In this document: one piece after another, positions 17,919 to 27,200 of the stretch
Layout of the letters: every line of letters starts with the position of its first letter
Numbering within the stretch: position 1 is the stretch's first letter
Assembly: GCA_018303205.1 (NCBI GenBank)
Contig: JAGVYP010000033.1
Location: 1 to 51,270 of the forward strand
From: Candidatus Woesearchaeota archaeon
Lineage (GTDB): Archaea > Nanobdellota > Nanobdellia > Woesearchaeales > JAGWAF01
Length of the DNA: 51,270 nucleotides
Direction of reading: 5' to 3'
Position numbers and translations under genes: made by a program
Notes under the pieces: model-generated
What the model saw: only the letters and a program-made list of their open reading frames with translations
Databases searched by the model: none
Told to the model about the DNA's origin: nothing

Positions 17919-18443
17919 TCAAAAAAATAAGAAAACTTTTAAAGAGAGAGTTTGTTCTGGAAGCTCTTTGATAATATCCTTACTCATTTCTGGAATTTGT
18001 TGATACATGATTTCCAATTTCAAAGGGTTTAACGCAGTCTTATATTGTTCAAGCGTATCTTCTATAATATTTTGCACTGCAATCTGTCGCAAATAAGAAG
18101 ATTTGAGCATTTCTTTTCTGAATTTAGGAACATCAAGTTTGAATTGGGAAACCAGACGATGAATGCTTCTCCTGTCAATCTCTGCAAGCTCCGCAACCCT
18201 GGAGATATTTCCAAAATTGCTTTCTAAGAGTTGTTGAAGGTATTTTTTTTTGAATTGCTCCTTTGCTTTTTTAAAACTCATGGAGGGATCAAAAGAGAAA
18301 TCAAGTAGAGGATTTCGTTTGATTTTGTCGGTAATGTCACTTTCAATTTCAGAAACCGTAATGCCTAAGGAGCGGTGCATGGCCTGGTCTAGGATGGGCT
18401 TTACTTTTTGCTGCATGGTTTTTTCTAAGTCTTCCTTTGCCAT
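17919..18443 (-). CDS. Fis/NtrC-type HTH (HTH_8-like) DNA-binding protein
   Basis: NFGNISRVAELAEIDRRSIHRLV matches the GN.s.aA..LGi.R.tL.rk HTH_8 pattern. Confidence 0.5.
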   Translation of the reverse strand: MAKEDLEKTMQQKVKPILDQAMHRSLGITVSEIESDITDKIKRNPLLDFSFDPSMSFKKAKEQFKKKYLQQLLESNFGNISRVAELAEIDRRSIHRLVSQFKLDVPKFRKEMLKSSYLRQIAVQNIIEDTLEQYKTALNPLKLEIMYQQIPEMSKDIIKELPEQTLSLKVFLFF

Positions 18444-18451
18444 GATCTTTT

Positions 18452-18474
18452 TGTCACAGTATTCTTTTTATGAG
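18452..18474 (-). promoter_or_regulatory. Shared TATA-proximal motif, copy 2 (upstream of the Fis-type HTH gene)
   Basis: The minus strand reads CTCATAAAAAGAATACTGTGACA, ending 8 nt before the ATG. Confidence 0.35.
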
Positions 18475-18643
18475 TATATATAGTTTTTCTCTCAAAATAG
18501 TTACAATATGGAAAATAATATTTTAACTACTTAAAAGTAACAAAAATAGAAACATTTATATACTAGGACTGCCTATAATGATCCTATAACTTTAAATAGA
18601 ACAATACTCTAGAACATTTATAGTAACAAAAGAGGTAACAACT

Positions 18644-19501
18644 ATGAGTCACGGAAGCAAACACAAAGGACACGGAAGCCAAGGAGATTTAGAAGGATTG
18701 GCAACCGAAGGAGCAAAAGAAGCAGTAAAAAAAGCTGCTGAAACCCAAACTGCAGAAGCACAAGATGTTGCATTATTCGAAGAATCGGAATTAGGACTTT
18801 CTGCTGGACATGTACATGGCCCTGAAGGAGACAAAGGTGTTGCTAATTACGTTGAATCTGTATTTCAATTTCTCCATACTACTGAAGATGAAGATCATGC
18901 ACTTAATCCCTTATATGGCAAATTAGAAGATGATAAGGTAAAAAGAGAAACTGTAGCTGATGTTTTAGAAAGAATTGTTCTTACACTCGGAAGAGGATAT
19001 AACCTTACTCGCGTCATGATTGACGGAGAAGGAGGCTATTCTGAAAGAAAAGAAAAAATGGACGCTGAAACAAGAATCCAAGAATTGAAAAAAATTGGAA
19101 AATACCTTGGATTAAATGAACAAAGTCAACAAGTACAAACTGCTTATGCAGAACTTGAAGAAGGCATAGAATCAGGAGAAAAAGCTGAACAAAGAAGTGC
19201 AGTGCAAAAGTTTAAACAGATAGTACAAAGCGCAATGCTCAGTGAGAATTTCAGATTAAAACGACAAGCTCCAGAACAATTTAGAGAATCACCTGTTGCA
19301 GCATATAAATGGCTCCAAGAAGAGGGATACGAATTATCAAAAGGCATTGGCGAATCTGCTGCTCAAGGATACCAACCTGCTGTCCAAGCATATAGTGCAT
19401 ACCAAGCACAAGAAACACAGCAGAGAGTATTGGGAAGAAAAACAGGTATTAGAAGGCCTGACCCCACAGTACACAACAAAAGTCATGCAAAACACCATTA
19501 A
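18644..19501 (+). CDS. Hypothetical acidic protein with His/Lys-rich termini
   Basis: A 285-aa ORF with AGAGG upstream of the ATG. I recognised no family. Confidence 0.4.
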   Translation: MSHGSKHKGHGSQGDLEGLATEGAKEAVKKAAETQTAEAQDVALFEESELGLSAGHVHGPEGDKGVANYVESVFQFLHTTEDEDHALNPLYGKLEDDKVKRETVADVLERIVLTLGRGYNLTRVMIDGEGGYSERKEKMDAETRIQELKKIGKYLGLNEQSQQVQTAYAELEEGIESGEKAEQRSAVQKFKQIVQSAMLSENFRLKRQAPEQFRESPVAAYKWLQEEGYELSKGIGESAAQGYQPAVQAYSAYQAQETQQRVLGRKTGIRRPDPTVHNKSHAKHH

Positions 19502-19623
19502 ATTTTTTGATTTTTTTAATCTTATCAGATTCTTAATTTTTTTTTCAAAACGATCACAAGTAAGAAAATGATTTTGGATGTATTGACGATAAAAAAAGAA
19601 AAAATAAGCGGACTGAAAAGTTC

Positions 19624-19959
19624 TTAACCCACAATAATTTCAGGATTTAACATTTTCTCAGTCTCTAACTTTGTGATGATATTATCTAATTTAATTAATT
19701 CTTTTACCCAGAGATTCTTTGTATTCAGCTTGTAGAGTTGCGCATTCCCTACTTTTCTTGTAAGTAAAACAATATCCTTGCCTACTAATTTAGGCCAAAG
19801 TTCAGAAAAAGCTGTCCAGCCAACGCCTGAATTTTTAGCTATTTCAGTTAAACTATAGTCCATATCTCTAGAAAGGATTAAAAAGTCTAAAACTCTAATG
19901 AGAGGGTAATTCCCAAAGTACTCTACAAAAACGCTGTTTTCTTCAATTAGTTCTGCCAT
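19624..19959 (-). CDS. Archaeal winged-helix transcriptional regulator
   Basis: IRVLDFLILSRDMDYSLTEIAKNSGVGWTAFSELWPKLVGKDIVLLTRKVGNAQLYKLN is a typical wHTH plus wing. Confidence 0.55.
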   Translation of the reverse strand: MAELIEENSVFVEYFGNYPLIRVLDFLILSRDMDYSLTEIAKNSGVGWTAFSELWPKLVGKDIVLLTRKVGNAQLYKLNTKNLWVKELIKLDNIITKLETEKMLNPEIIVG

Positions 19960-20050
19960 AGCATCTAATAAGGAGAGGTCATATATAAATCTTTTCTAAA
20001 AAAAGAGCCTTCATTCACATAACGATAACTATATATATGAGTACTCCCTT

Positions 20051-20314
20051 ATGGAGATAATGGATGAAGCGCTCATAATCAAAAAGTATATTATTAGAAA
20101 GCTGTATAGGAAAAGAATTTGGATGCATAAGCATACAAGCATTAATAACCTTCAAAAAGGTCTTTCTAATGAACTAAGGTCGTCTAGAGAAGTTAAAAAA
20201 GTTATTGAAGAACTTTTAAAAGAGCAAATACTTTTGTCTAAACCTACAAATTATGGTTTAGAGGTTAGCCTGAATATTAAAAAGAAAAAAGAGATTGAAG
20301 ACTTAATTGAATGA
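20051..20314 (+). CDS. Small basic hypothetical protein (possible wHTH)
   Basis: An 87-aa ORF divergent from the wHTH gene. It contains VKKVIEELLKEQILLSKPTNYGLEVSL. Confidence 0.3.
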   Translation: MEIMDEALIIKKYIIRKLYRKRIWMHKHTSINNLQKGLSNELRSSREVKKVIEELLKEQILLSKPTNYGLEVSLNIKKKKEIEDLIE

Positions 20315-20382
20315 GAGATAGACATTTTACTTTAAATTAGAATATTGAGAGATCTGAAATAATCAAATACTACTCAAATTCT

Positions 20383-20754
20383 CTATACCAAAATCACTTT
20401 TAAATCATCAATTTGTTTTAAATCTTTATCTGCTGTTATAAGTTGAAGATCATGAATCATACAGATGGAGGCGATAAAAATGTCAAGTTTGCCTATCGGT
20501 TTCCCTTTTTTTGAGAGCGTTTCTTCAATGAGAACACTTTTTTGAGCAGCAGCTTCATCAAAAGGCAGGATATGCATTGTTTTTATAAATTCCTGAATAA
20601 TCTCTCTTTCTTTTCCTTGTACTCCTATACTTATTTCATTTAGCGTAATCGCACTCATAGCAGCTGCTTCATACAGAAGATATTGTTGTATCTCTTTGCC
20701 TTTCTGTGTTCCTCTGATGAGTTCAATAATTGCAGAAGTGTCCAGAACAATCAT
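20383..20754 (-). CDS. vapC: PIN-domain toxin (VapC)
   Basis: MIVLDTSAIIELI (first acidic residue) and LITADKDL (last acidic residue). It is 123 aa and lies one nt downstream of the antitoxin. Confidence 0.8.
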   Translation of the reverse strand: MIVLDTSAIIELIRGTQKGKEIQQYLLYEAAAMSAITLNEISIGVQGKEREIIQEFIKTMHILPFDEAAAQKSVLIEETLSKKGKPIGKLDIFIASICMIHDLQLITADKDLKQIDDLKVILV

Positions 20755-20755
20755 G

Positions 20756-21001
20756 TTAGCTCAGCTTATATTTTTTTGCTCTTTGAAGAAATTCCTTTTC
20801 AAGAGACATACGTCTTGATTTGACTTGTTGTTGAAGTTTTTTTCCTTCGAAAGAAGATACTGCGCCAAAAAATTTTGCTGCAGAACCCACTTTTTCCGTA
20901 GAGAGCCTGAGAATAACATCACTAAAGCTTTCATGCCCCATTTTGAGCGTTTTAAGAGCTTCATACGCATGTTCCGTAATGGTTAAGGACTTGATGACCA
21001 T
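20756..21001 (-). CDS. vapB: VapB-type antitoxin (archaeal putative-antitoxin family)
   Basis: LTITEHAYEALKTLKMGHESFSDVILRL matches the archaeal tItI..e.Ye.Lk..K...ESFSdvI.rL antitoxin pattern. Confidence 0.65.
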   Translation of the reverse strand: MVIKSLTITEHAYEALKTLKMGHESFSDVILRLSTEKVGSAAKFFGAVSSFEGKKLQQQVKSRRMSLEKEFLQRAKKYKLS

Positions 21002-21147
21002 ACTACACTTAAGGGTACACTTATATTTAAAACTTTGCTTGTATCATTTTCTATTTCCTTTGAGACGTTCGTATGACCTTTTTGTCCCACTTTTATTTTT
21101 TTCTTTTCTCAAATCTTTTTAAATAAAGAACACTTAAGCACTACGCT

Positions 21148-21915
21148 ATGACTCCCTTGTCCTATTCTGTAAGCGGATTACACCTTGATGAGAGAATAAG
21201 CCAACCAGAACTTACCTTACTGAATCATCTTGCTCCGAATGTAAGAAGAGGAGGAGGATATTTTCATCAAATAAGAAGAGATCTGGGAGAGGCAGAAGCA
21301 CATTTGGATGATTACGTGAAAAGCCATTATGGAGAAGTGCATATCAAAGGACCTTTAACAGCAGATATGAGCAAAAGCCCCTTACCTGGAGCAAAGCACA
21401 TCGTTGCAGCATACGTAGGAGAACCCAGAAAAGGAGGATACTTATTTGCTGACAGCAATATTGAGACAAAAGTAAAAGAGTTTGGAACACATCACGGATT
21501 ATCTACCAAAGCAGCAGGCATTTACGTATTACTCCACGAACTAGGACACGCTTATCACGGTCATGAAGAAATCAGAGCAGAAGCATTCGTAGACATGGTA
21601 GCAAGATACATTGCACAAAGAATAAAAGACCCGCAAGAAAAAGCAATGTACATGAAAATCGCAGACGCTGCAAGAAACAGATTTAACATGGCGAAACAAA
21701 TTGATGGAAAAAAAAGACAAATGATCAGAAGAGAACAAAGTTCAGCGCTTTACAACAAAGAAAGAATTGCAAATTATCTTACCATGACTCAAGCTGCACA
21801 GTATGATAGAAGTGAAACTCGAGAGGGTAATGAAGAAACAGAAAAAGACAAAAGAAAGAAGAAAAAAGACAAAAAAAAAGAAAAAGGAAAGAAAAGTAAA
21901 GGAGGAAAAAAATAA
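21148..21915 (+). CDS. Putative HEXXH metallopeptidase with a poly-Lys C-terminal tail
   Basis: HELGH is encoded at 21535-21549 (VLLHELGHAYHGHEE). The tail reads KDKRKKKKDKKKEKGKKSKGGKK. Confidence 0.4.
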   Translation: MTPLSYSVSGLHLDERISQPELTLLNHLAPNVRRGGGYFHQIRRDLGEAEAHLDDYVKSHYGEVHIKGPLTADMSKSPLPGAKHIVAAYVGEPRKGGYLFADSNIETKVKEFGTHHGLSTKAAGIYVLLHELGHAYHGHEEIRAEAFVDMVARYIAQRIKDPQEKAMYMKIADAARNRFNMAKQIDGKKRQMIRREQSSALYNKERIANYLTMTQAAQYDRSETREGNEETEKDKRKKKKDKKKEKGKKSKGGKK

Positions 21916-22217
21916 TGGGATACTGCAGATCATCTTGTAGTACTTATGGAATCCAGGATAGTATTCCCTATACCTTGGACGCTGCACGAGACCAAAAAGC
22001 ATTGCCTGATACAGTTGCACAAAGCTTAGGAATTTCAGCTTCCTATGATGCAAAAGGAGGATATGCAAGCGCAAGCACTCATTCTGGAACACGATCTGCT
22101 TCTTACTTTGCTACCCTTCCCAGAGGAGATTACAGCGGAACAACACCTCCTGAAAGAAGCTTCATGACACCCGGAGAAAGAAATCCTGGCATTATGTTGA
22201 AAGGATCACGACTATAA
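21915..22217 (+). CDS. Hypothetical protein (100 aa)
   Basis: Its ATG overlaps the upstream TAA by 1 nt (TAATG). The composition is Ser/Thr/Gly/Ala-rich. No family recognised. Confidence 0.3.
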   Translation: MGYCRSSCSTYGIQDSIPYTLDAARDQKALPDTVAQSLGISASYDAKGGYASASTHSGTRSASYFATLPRGDYSGTTPPERSFMTPGERNPGIMLKGSRL

Positions 22218-22343
22218 CAAAAAGTTTCTTTATGTATATCTTTAATTTTTAAAAAATGATTCTTTCAAAAAAATTATAAAGAAGAGTTGAAAAATAAAAT
22301 AGTTGAAAAAGACCATTGATAAAAAGATAAAAGTGATAAGAAA

Positions 22344-23189
22344 TTACTCGCTTACCCTTCTCGTTGCCTTATATATTAAAATTCTGAAATACGTATACGT
22401 GGGAATAACAATAAGGAGAGCAAAGGCAAGGGAAATAAGCGTATTCCAATCCATAAAAATAATTTTTGTAAACACGATCGCAACAATAGCGAATACCAGA
22501 TAGAGAAGGAATAAATAAGAAAAATGCTCAAAAGGCTTCTTAAAAATGTTTCTGACCCAATTTTTTGTAACCAGAAAACTGTAGGAATAAACACAGAGGT
22601 AATCAACAAGAAGACCCAGAAGAATAAAAACAGTAGTTACAAAACTCGTACTGCCCTCTTTGCTTAAAAGAGTTACATTCCCCACAGTAACAGTCTTTGT
22701 TTGTGAGAAAAGTACGAGAAAAAACAGAAAAAGAATAAGCTGAACAGCACTAATGATTGCAAAGCGAGCAAGAAATTTACCAAAACTCTTCTTATTTAAG
22801 GAACATCCTCTTTCAGCAAGATGCATCGTATACCACGCAATACCCTCTAGAATGATATAAAAAATAAGACCAAAAAAAAGCATGGTAGCAAAAACTTTCA
22901 GAATAGTGTTATAATAGGCTTGTGCAGCCTGATTTGCAAGAAACAACTGATTCATGACTTCAGGAGTAATTTGTTCTTCAATACCAATACCTTCCATCAC
23001 ACTGAGAAGATTATTCGTATTTTCATAAAGCGAAGGAGTGTACTGTGCTATCAAAAAAAATAAGGAAATCACAAAAAGGAGATCAAGAACGAAAGCAAGA
23101 AAAAATTTCTTTTTTTCACTTCTCAAACAGTTCCAAGACTCCTTAGCGTCTTCTTTTAAGAAAAGTAGTTTTTGTTTCATGAATATCAC
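22344..23189 (-). CDS. Polytopic membrane protein
   Basis: A 281-aa ORF with about 6 hydrophobic spans, e.g. FFLAFVLDLLFVISLFFLIA and AIISAVQLILFLFFLVLF. Confidence 0.55.
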   Translation of the reverse strand: MIFMKQKLLFLKEDAKESWNCLRSEKKKFFLAFVLDLLFVISLFFLIAQYTPSLYENTNNLLSVMEGIGIEEQITPEVMNQLFLANQAAQAYYNTILKVFATMLFFGLIFYIILEGIAWYTMHLAERGCSLNKKSFGKFLARFAIISAVQLILFLFFLVLFSQTKTVTVGNVTLLSKEGSTSFVTTVFILLGLLVDYLCVYSYSFLVTKNWVRNIFKKPFEHFSYLFLLYLVFAIVAIVFTKIIFMDWNTLISLAFALLIVIPTYTYFRILIYKATRRVSE

Positions 23190-23250
23190 TATTTTTTTAG
23201 TATTTTATTATTATTATTATTTATTTTTTCAAATTTCTTTTCTTTATATT

Positions 23251-23374
23251 TGTTTAGCATCTTCTCGCGAAGTAATGAAATCTGCATTTCAACGCTCATT
23301 CCCCGTAAGGGACAACCCCCTTTCGCTTTACCTATTTTTTTCGTTTAAATCGCTCGACCTGAGGATGCTAAACA
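23251..23374. other. 124-nt intergenic element closed by a 14-bp inverted repeat (possible structured RNA)
   Basis: TGTTTAGCATCTTC (23251-23264) pairs with GAGGATGCTAAACA (23361-23374), with one G-U. Internal hairpins include TGAAATCTGCATTTCA, and the core is locally GC-rich (CCCCGTAAGGGACAACCCCC). Confidence 0.3.
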
Positions 23375-23382
23375 AATATTCT

Positions 23383-24126
23383 TTATTTTTTATAATACTC
23401 ATCAAATTTCTGCTGTGCAAAAGTTTTCTTTTTTCTCTCATGCAATATCGTAAAGATCAAAATGACAATTAACAACACAAGGATAAAACCAATAACAACA
23501 AACACTGCAGTTCTTTTCGGTTGTATCGGTGGAGCTTCCTGCACTTCAGTAACGCTCGGAGCAAAATCAGGTTCTTCTAAAGGAGAAACAGCGTCTGTGA
23601 AACCCTCAGTAGGCAACTGACAATCAGGTTCTCCCGTTATACAATCACTGTCACAAATGCCATCTTGCTGATAAGAACAATATCCGTCACCGATAAGCGT
23701 ACAATCATCAGGACAGACAAGATTATTTTCTTTTTCCTGACAGATATCATCATGATTACAAAACAAACCTTCTATATTCTTTTCAAAAATCGTTTTTCCA
23801 TTCTTTTCAACACGCAACGCATTCCAAGTAGGATCACATAAGGCTTGAACAGAAGCACTGGTCTGATCTGTTTCTCCTACATCACTGATGTAAAAAATTG
23901 CAGGAACTCCTTTTTTGATGGTTGTTGCACCCTGAAACACAGCTTGATAAGACGAAGAGGAATGTCGATCATCTCTTGCTGTGTCATCAAATGCTGCATA
24001 ATCTCTTAATGTGACCTGATCATTTTTGTTTATCGAAAAGGTAAACTCACACACAGGAACAGCTATTGCTAGAGAAGAAAAAATAATAAAAAACAACAAC
24101 GTTGGAATTATGTTTTTGGTTTTCAT
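23383..24126 (-). CDS. Secreted Cys-rich protein with a C-terminal membrane anchor
   Basis: The start is set at MKTKNIIPTLLFFIIFSSLAIA (signal peptide). It has the Cys-rich block CNHDDICQEKENNLVCPDDCTLIGDGYCSYQQDGICDSDCITGEPDC and the C-terminal TM segment AVFVVIGFILVLLIVILIFTIL followed by KKK. Confidence 0.55.
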   Translation of the reverse strand: MKTKNIIPTLLFFIIFSSLAIAVPVCEFTFSINKNDQVTLRDYAAFDDTARDDRHSSSSYQAVFQGATTIKKGVPAIFYISDVGETDQTSASVQALCDPTWNALRVEKNGKTIFEKNIEGLFCNHDDICQEKENNLVCPDDCTLIGDGYCSYQQDGICDSDCITGEPDCQLPTEGFTDAVSPLEEPDFAPSVTEVQEAPPIQPKRTAVFVVIGFILVLLIVILIFTILHERKKKTFAQQKFDEYYKK

Positions 24127-24153
24127 TGTATACCTACCTTTATTTTTTGATAT

Positions 24154-24253
24154 GCACTCTTGCGGAGATCTGCTGCTTCCTTGTCGCAGATTTTGCGTCG
24201 GCAGCACTGCATGAATCGTGCTGCCTCCTGTTTTTGCTCCAAGGCAAGAGTGC
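24154..24253 (+). repeat. Copy A of a ~100-nt structured intergenic element (candidate ncRNA or recombination site); transcribed strand unknown
   Basis: GCACTCTTGC-GGAGA...CGCAGATTTTGCG-TC-GGCAGCAC-TGCATGAATC-GTGCTGCC-...TTTTGCTCCAAG-GCAAGAGTGC. Both the outer stem and the inner hairpin are perfect. Confidence 0.8.
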
Positions 24254-24271
24254 TATTTAAGTAAACAGTTT

Positions 24272-27200
24272 TCATGATATCGCATCTTTATCATCTCTTT
24301 GAAATCCACAGTACAGATCAGTCATACTACCCATAAACTCATAGTGTGTTTGTTCACCTGCACAAAATCCACTAATACCTTTTAATCTTTGCACATTATA
24401 AAGTTCATTTTCAGGCTGACCAGGACAATCAAGCTTAAGTGCATCAGTATCACAGTTAAGTGGGAATGTATTTAGACAACGATTAGGGGCTATATCTTGA
24501 AGATTATAGTCAGTAAACTTGTACACGTCACACAAACCAAAAGTGTGACCTAACTCATGGGACACAATACCTGCAGAACTCAACTGACCGTTTGTGACTA
24601 CAACTGATTCCCCATTACGACGTGTATACCCTAAAGTGTTATGTCTTTCCGGACTAAATAATTCAGTTCCTGATTTTCGAGAAAATCCAATAACTTTCTT
24701 ATAAGGTTTTCCAATAATATTTCTTAAAGCATCAGCACAGGTTTTAATATCGTCTAATAAAGTACCCATAAGCTCATCAGTCATATAAGTTTTTGAAGGA
24801 TCAAGAAGCGCTGTACATTTATCATTTTGTGCTAACCTCATTTGTTCTTCTGTAACTACAATAAAGCCTGTTCTTTCATTTTCAAAGTTTGTTGCCTTTT
24901 TGAAGATTTCAGAGCCTTTCATTGCAGCATCCCTATATCTTTCAAATTGATTACCTTGCCAACTATGCAAGGGAAGCCAATAGAAATAATCCGTACAATC
25001 ACCTGAGGTTATACAATCATCATCACCGTCATAACCTAATAAAGAACTTGATCCTGCTTGTCCTACCTTAATCGTAATCGTGCCTTGACCTGCTGAAGTT
25101 CCATCATATCTTGTAAATTGATAATTCAAAACATGATCCCCTCTTTCTCCTGAGTCAAAGTCTGCAAACCAAGTGTTAGGAGTGATAGTATGTTTTGTAA
25201 CCGTGAGACTAGTATCAGCATAAGAGATGGTCATAGGATCTGTTTGTTTTCCTTGATCATTAGTCGTGATAAGAACCTTTATTCGAGTATTTACAGGCAT
25301 TCTTCCATCATCAGGAGAATATCGCGCTCCGGTAGTAAGATCAATAAATTCAATATTAGTAATACCAGTTACTAACGGAGCACTTGCACTCCCTCCATCC
25401 CTGCTGCAGAGCACATTAAAAGTGATAGTTTTCTGTTGGAGTTCACCATTAAAAATGGTTATCGCATTTGATCTTGTCCAACCAGCACCTGTGGTAGAAC
25501 CTGCCCTTCCAGCATCATAAAGTGTAAAGGTAATACTAAAAGTGTCCTGATAACGAGCACTTCTTGCAGGATCTTGAGGATTACACTGGGTTTGTCCAGG
25601 AGAAGCATAACCACTTTGTCCTATGTTCATCCAGTTACCATCAAAACGAATAATAGGCCTATCAACAACGGTTTCACCATCAGTATTCAAAACAAAACGA
25701 GGATCAGGAATATTATAATTACTAGCAACTAATTGCCCGTGCTGATTTTTAATATCCCAAATAAGATATTTAGTAAACTCACATTCACCTGCAGAACATT
25801 GTTGAAGACCTGGAATGTCTTGTAAAATACGCAAATTGTTAAACTTAATTTCCTCATCCAAGATGAAGCCTTGTCTTCCTGAAAGATAGTTAGGAGTTAC
25901 ACTCTCAGGCTGAAGGAACCTAGCGCTACCCACACCTTCAAGAGTTTCTTCATATTGACAAGTAAACGCTCCTGCAACTTGTCTAAACTTACACTGAGGT
26001 GGATGAGCAGAGCCATGCGTTGTTATTCTCCTTTCTATAGGAGTTCCTTCAACATATTCGCCTTGATTATTCACATACTGGAATGTTAATCTTACCTTAT
26101 CAAAGCGCACTGCTTCCTGCAAATTTGCCTCATAGAGTTTTTCAAAGTTCGCTCCAGAACTTAATGAGCCAGTTTCTACAGTTCGAATAACTTTTCCGCT
26201 ACCCAATTCATGCGAGCCTGCACAATCACATCTTCCACCTTCAAAACCATAACCTGAACACGTATGATCATCTGAACACACTAATTGCAATTGGTACTGC
26301 ATATCAGCACCTGCATCAATAAGGAAAGGAACTGTATACCTATGCATAGGATACATGCTCACACCAAATCCTGGGCTCATAAATTCTCTCTGTGCTGAAA
26401 TAATAAAAGGCTGAGGAGCAATAGGAAGATCATTAATGCTATCTGTGATAATATCATCAAGATCAAGGTCATAATTTCCTGTAAAAGACCACAAACAAAT
26501 AGCATTCATCAATTTCTTCTCAAGGAATAAGTTCTTGTAAAAAGTAGTTCCCCCATATCTTTTACTTACACCGTCTGTAACCGTACTAAAGCCTTGCCTC
26601 ATAGCATACGTAATATCCCTTCCTGTTTGAACAACACCCCGTACAGCACTACTAATAAAACCAAGACCTAACCTGTCCATGGTTGTAGGAACTAAACTTT
26701 CCCCGCCAATACGAGAACCAGGAGCGTCACCAACCGTATTTACAACACACCGTAAAATATCTATAACCACATCACAAATACTTGCGCTTAACACTTCCTG
26801 ACAAACAGAAGGATCACCATTACCTGTGTACTGTACTTGTTTAAAGCAAGAAGACACTGCAGACAATCTTCCACGCCAGATTTCCAAAGATTTGTGTAAG
26901 CCACCAAGACAAACACACTGTGCACTTCTCAATAAAGAAGAAGTAGGATCAACAATATAAGGCTTATTCGCAGTTCCTAATTCCTGTTTTATTCTCACCC
27001 ACAAGCTTTGCACTAATGCAGGATTATCACAACCGCTAGGAATCCCAGTACAGAGTTTTGCTTTAAATAATTCGGGTGCTTGTTCTTGAGTAACAACTTC
27101 ACCAGTAAAAAATTCGCTCATATCAATTTGCCGATGAAACTTCTTCTGATCTTGAATGATACTATCACCATAAGGATCTGAAGGATTCACAGGAGAACCT

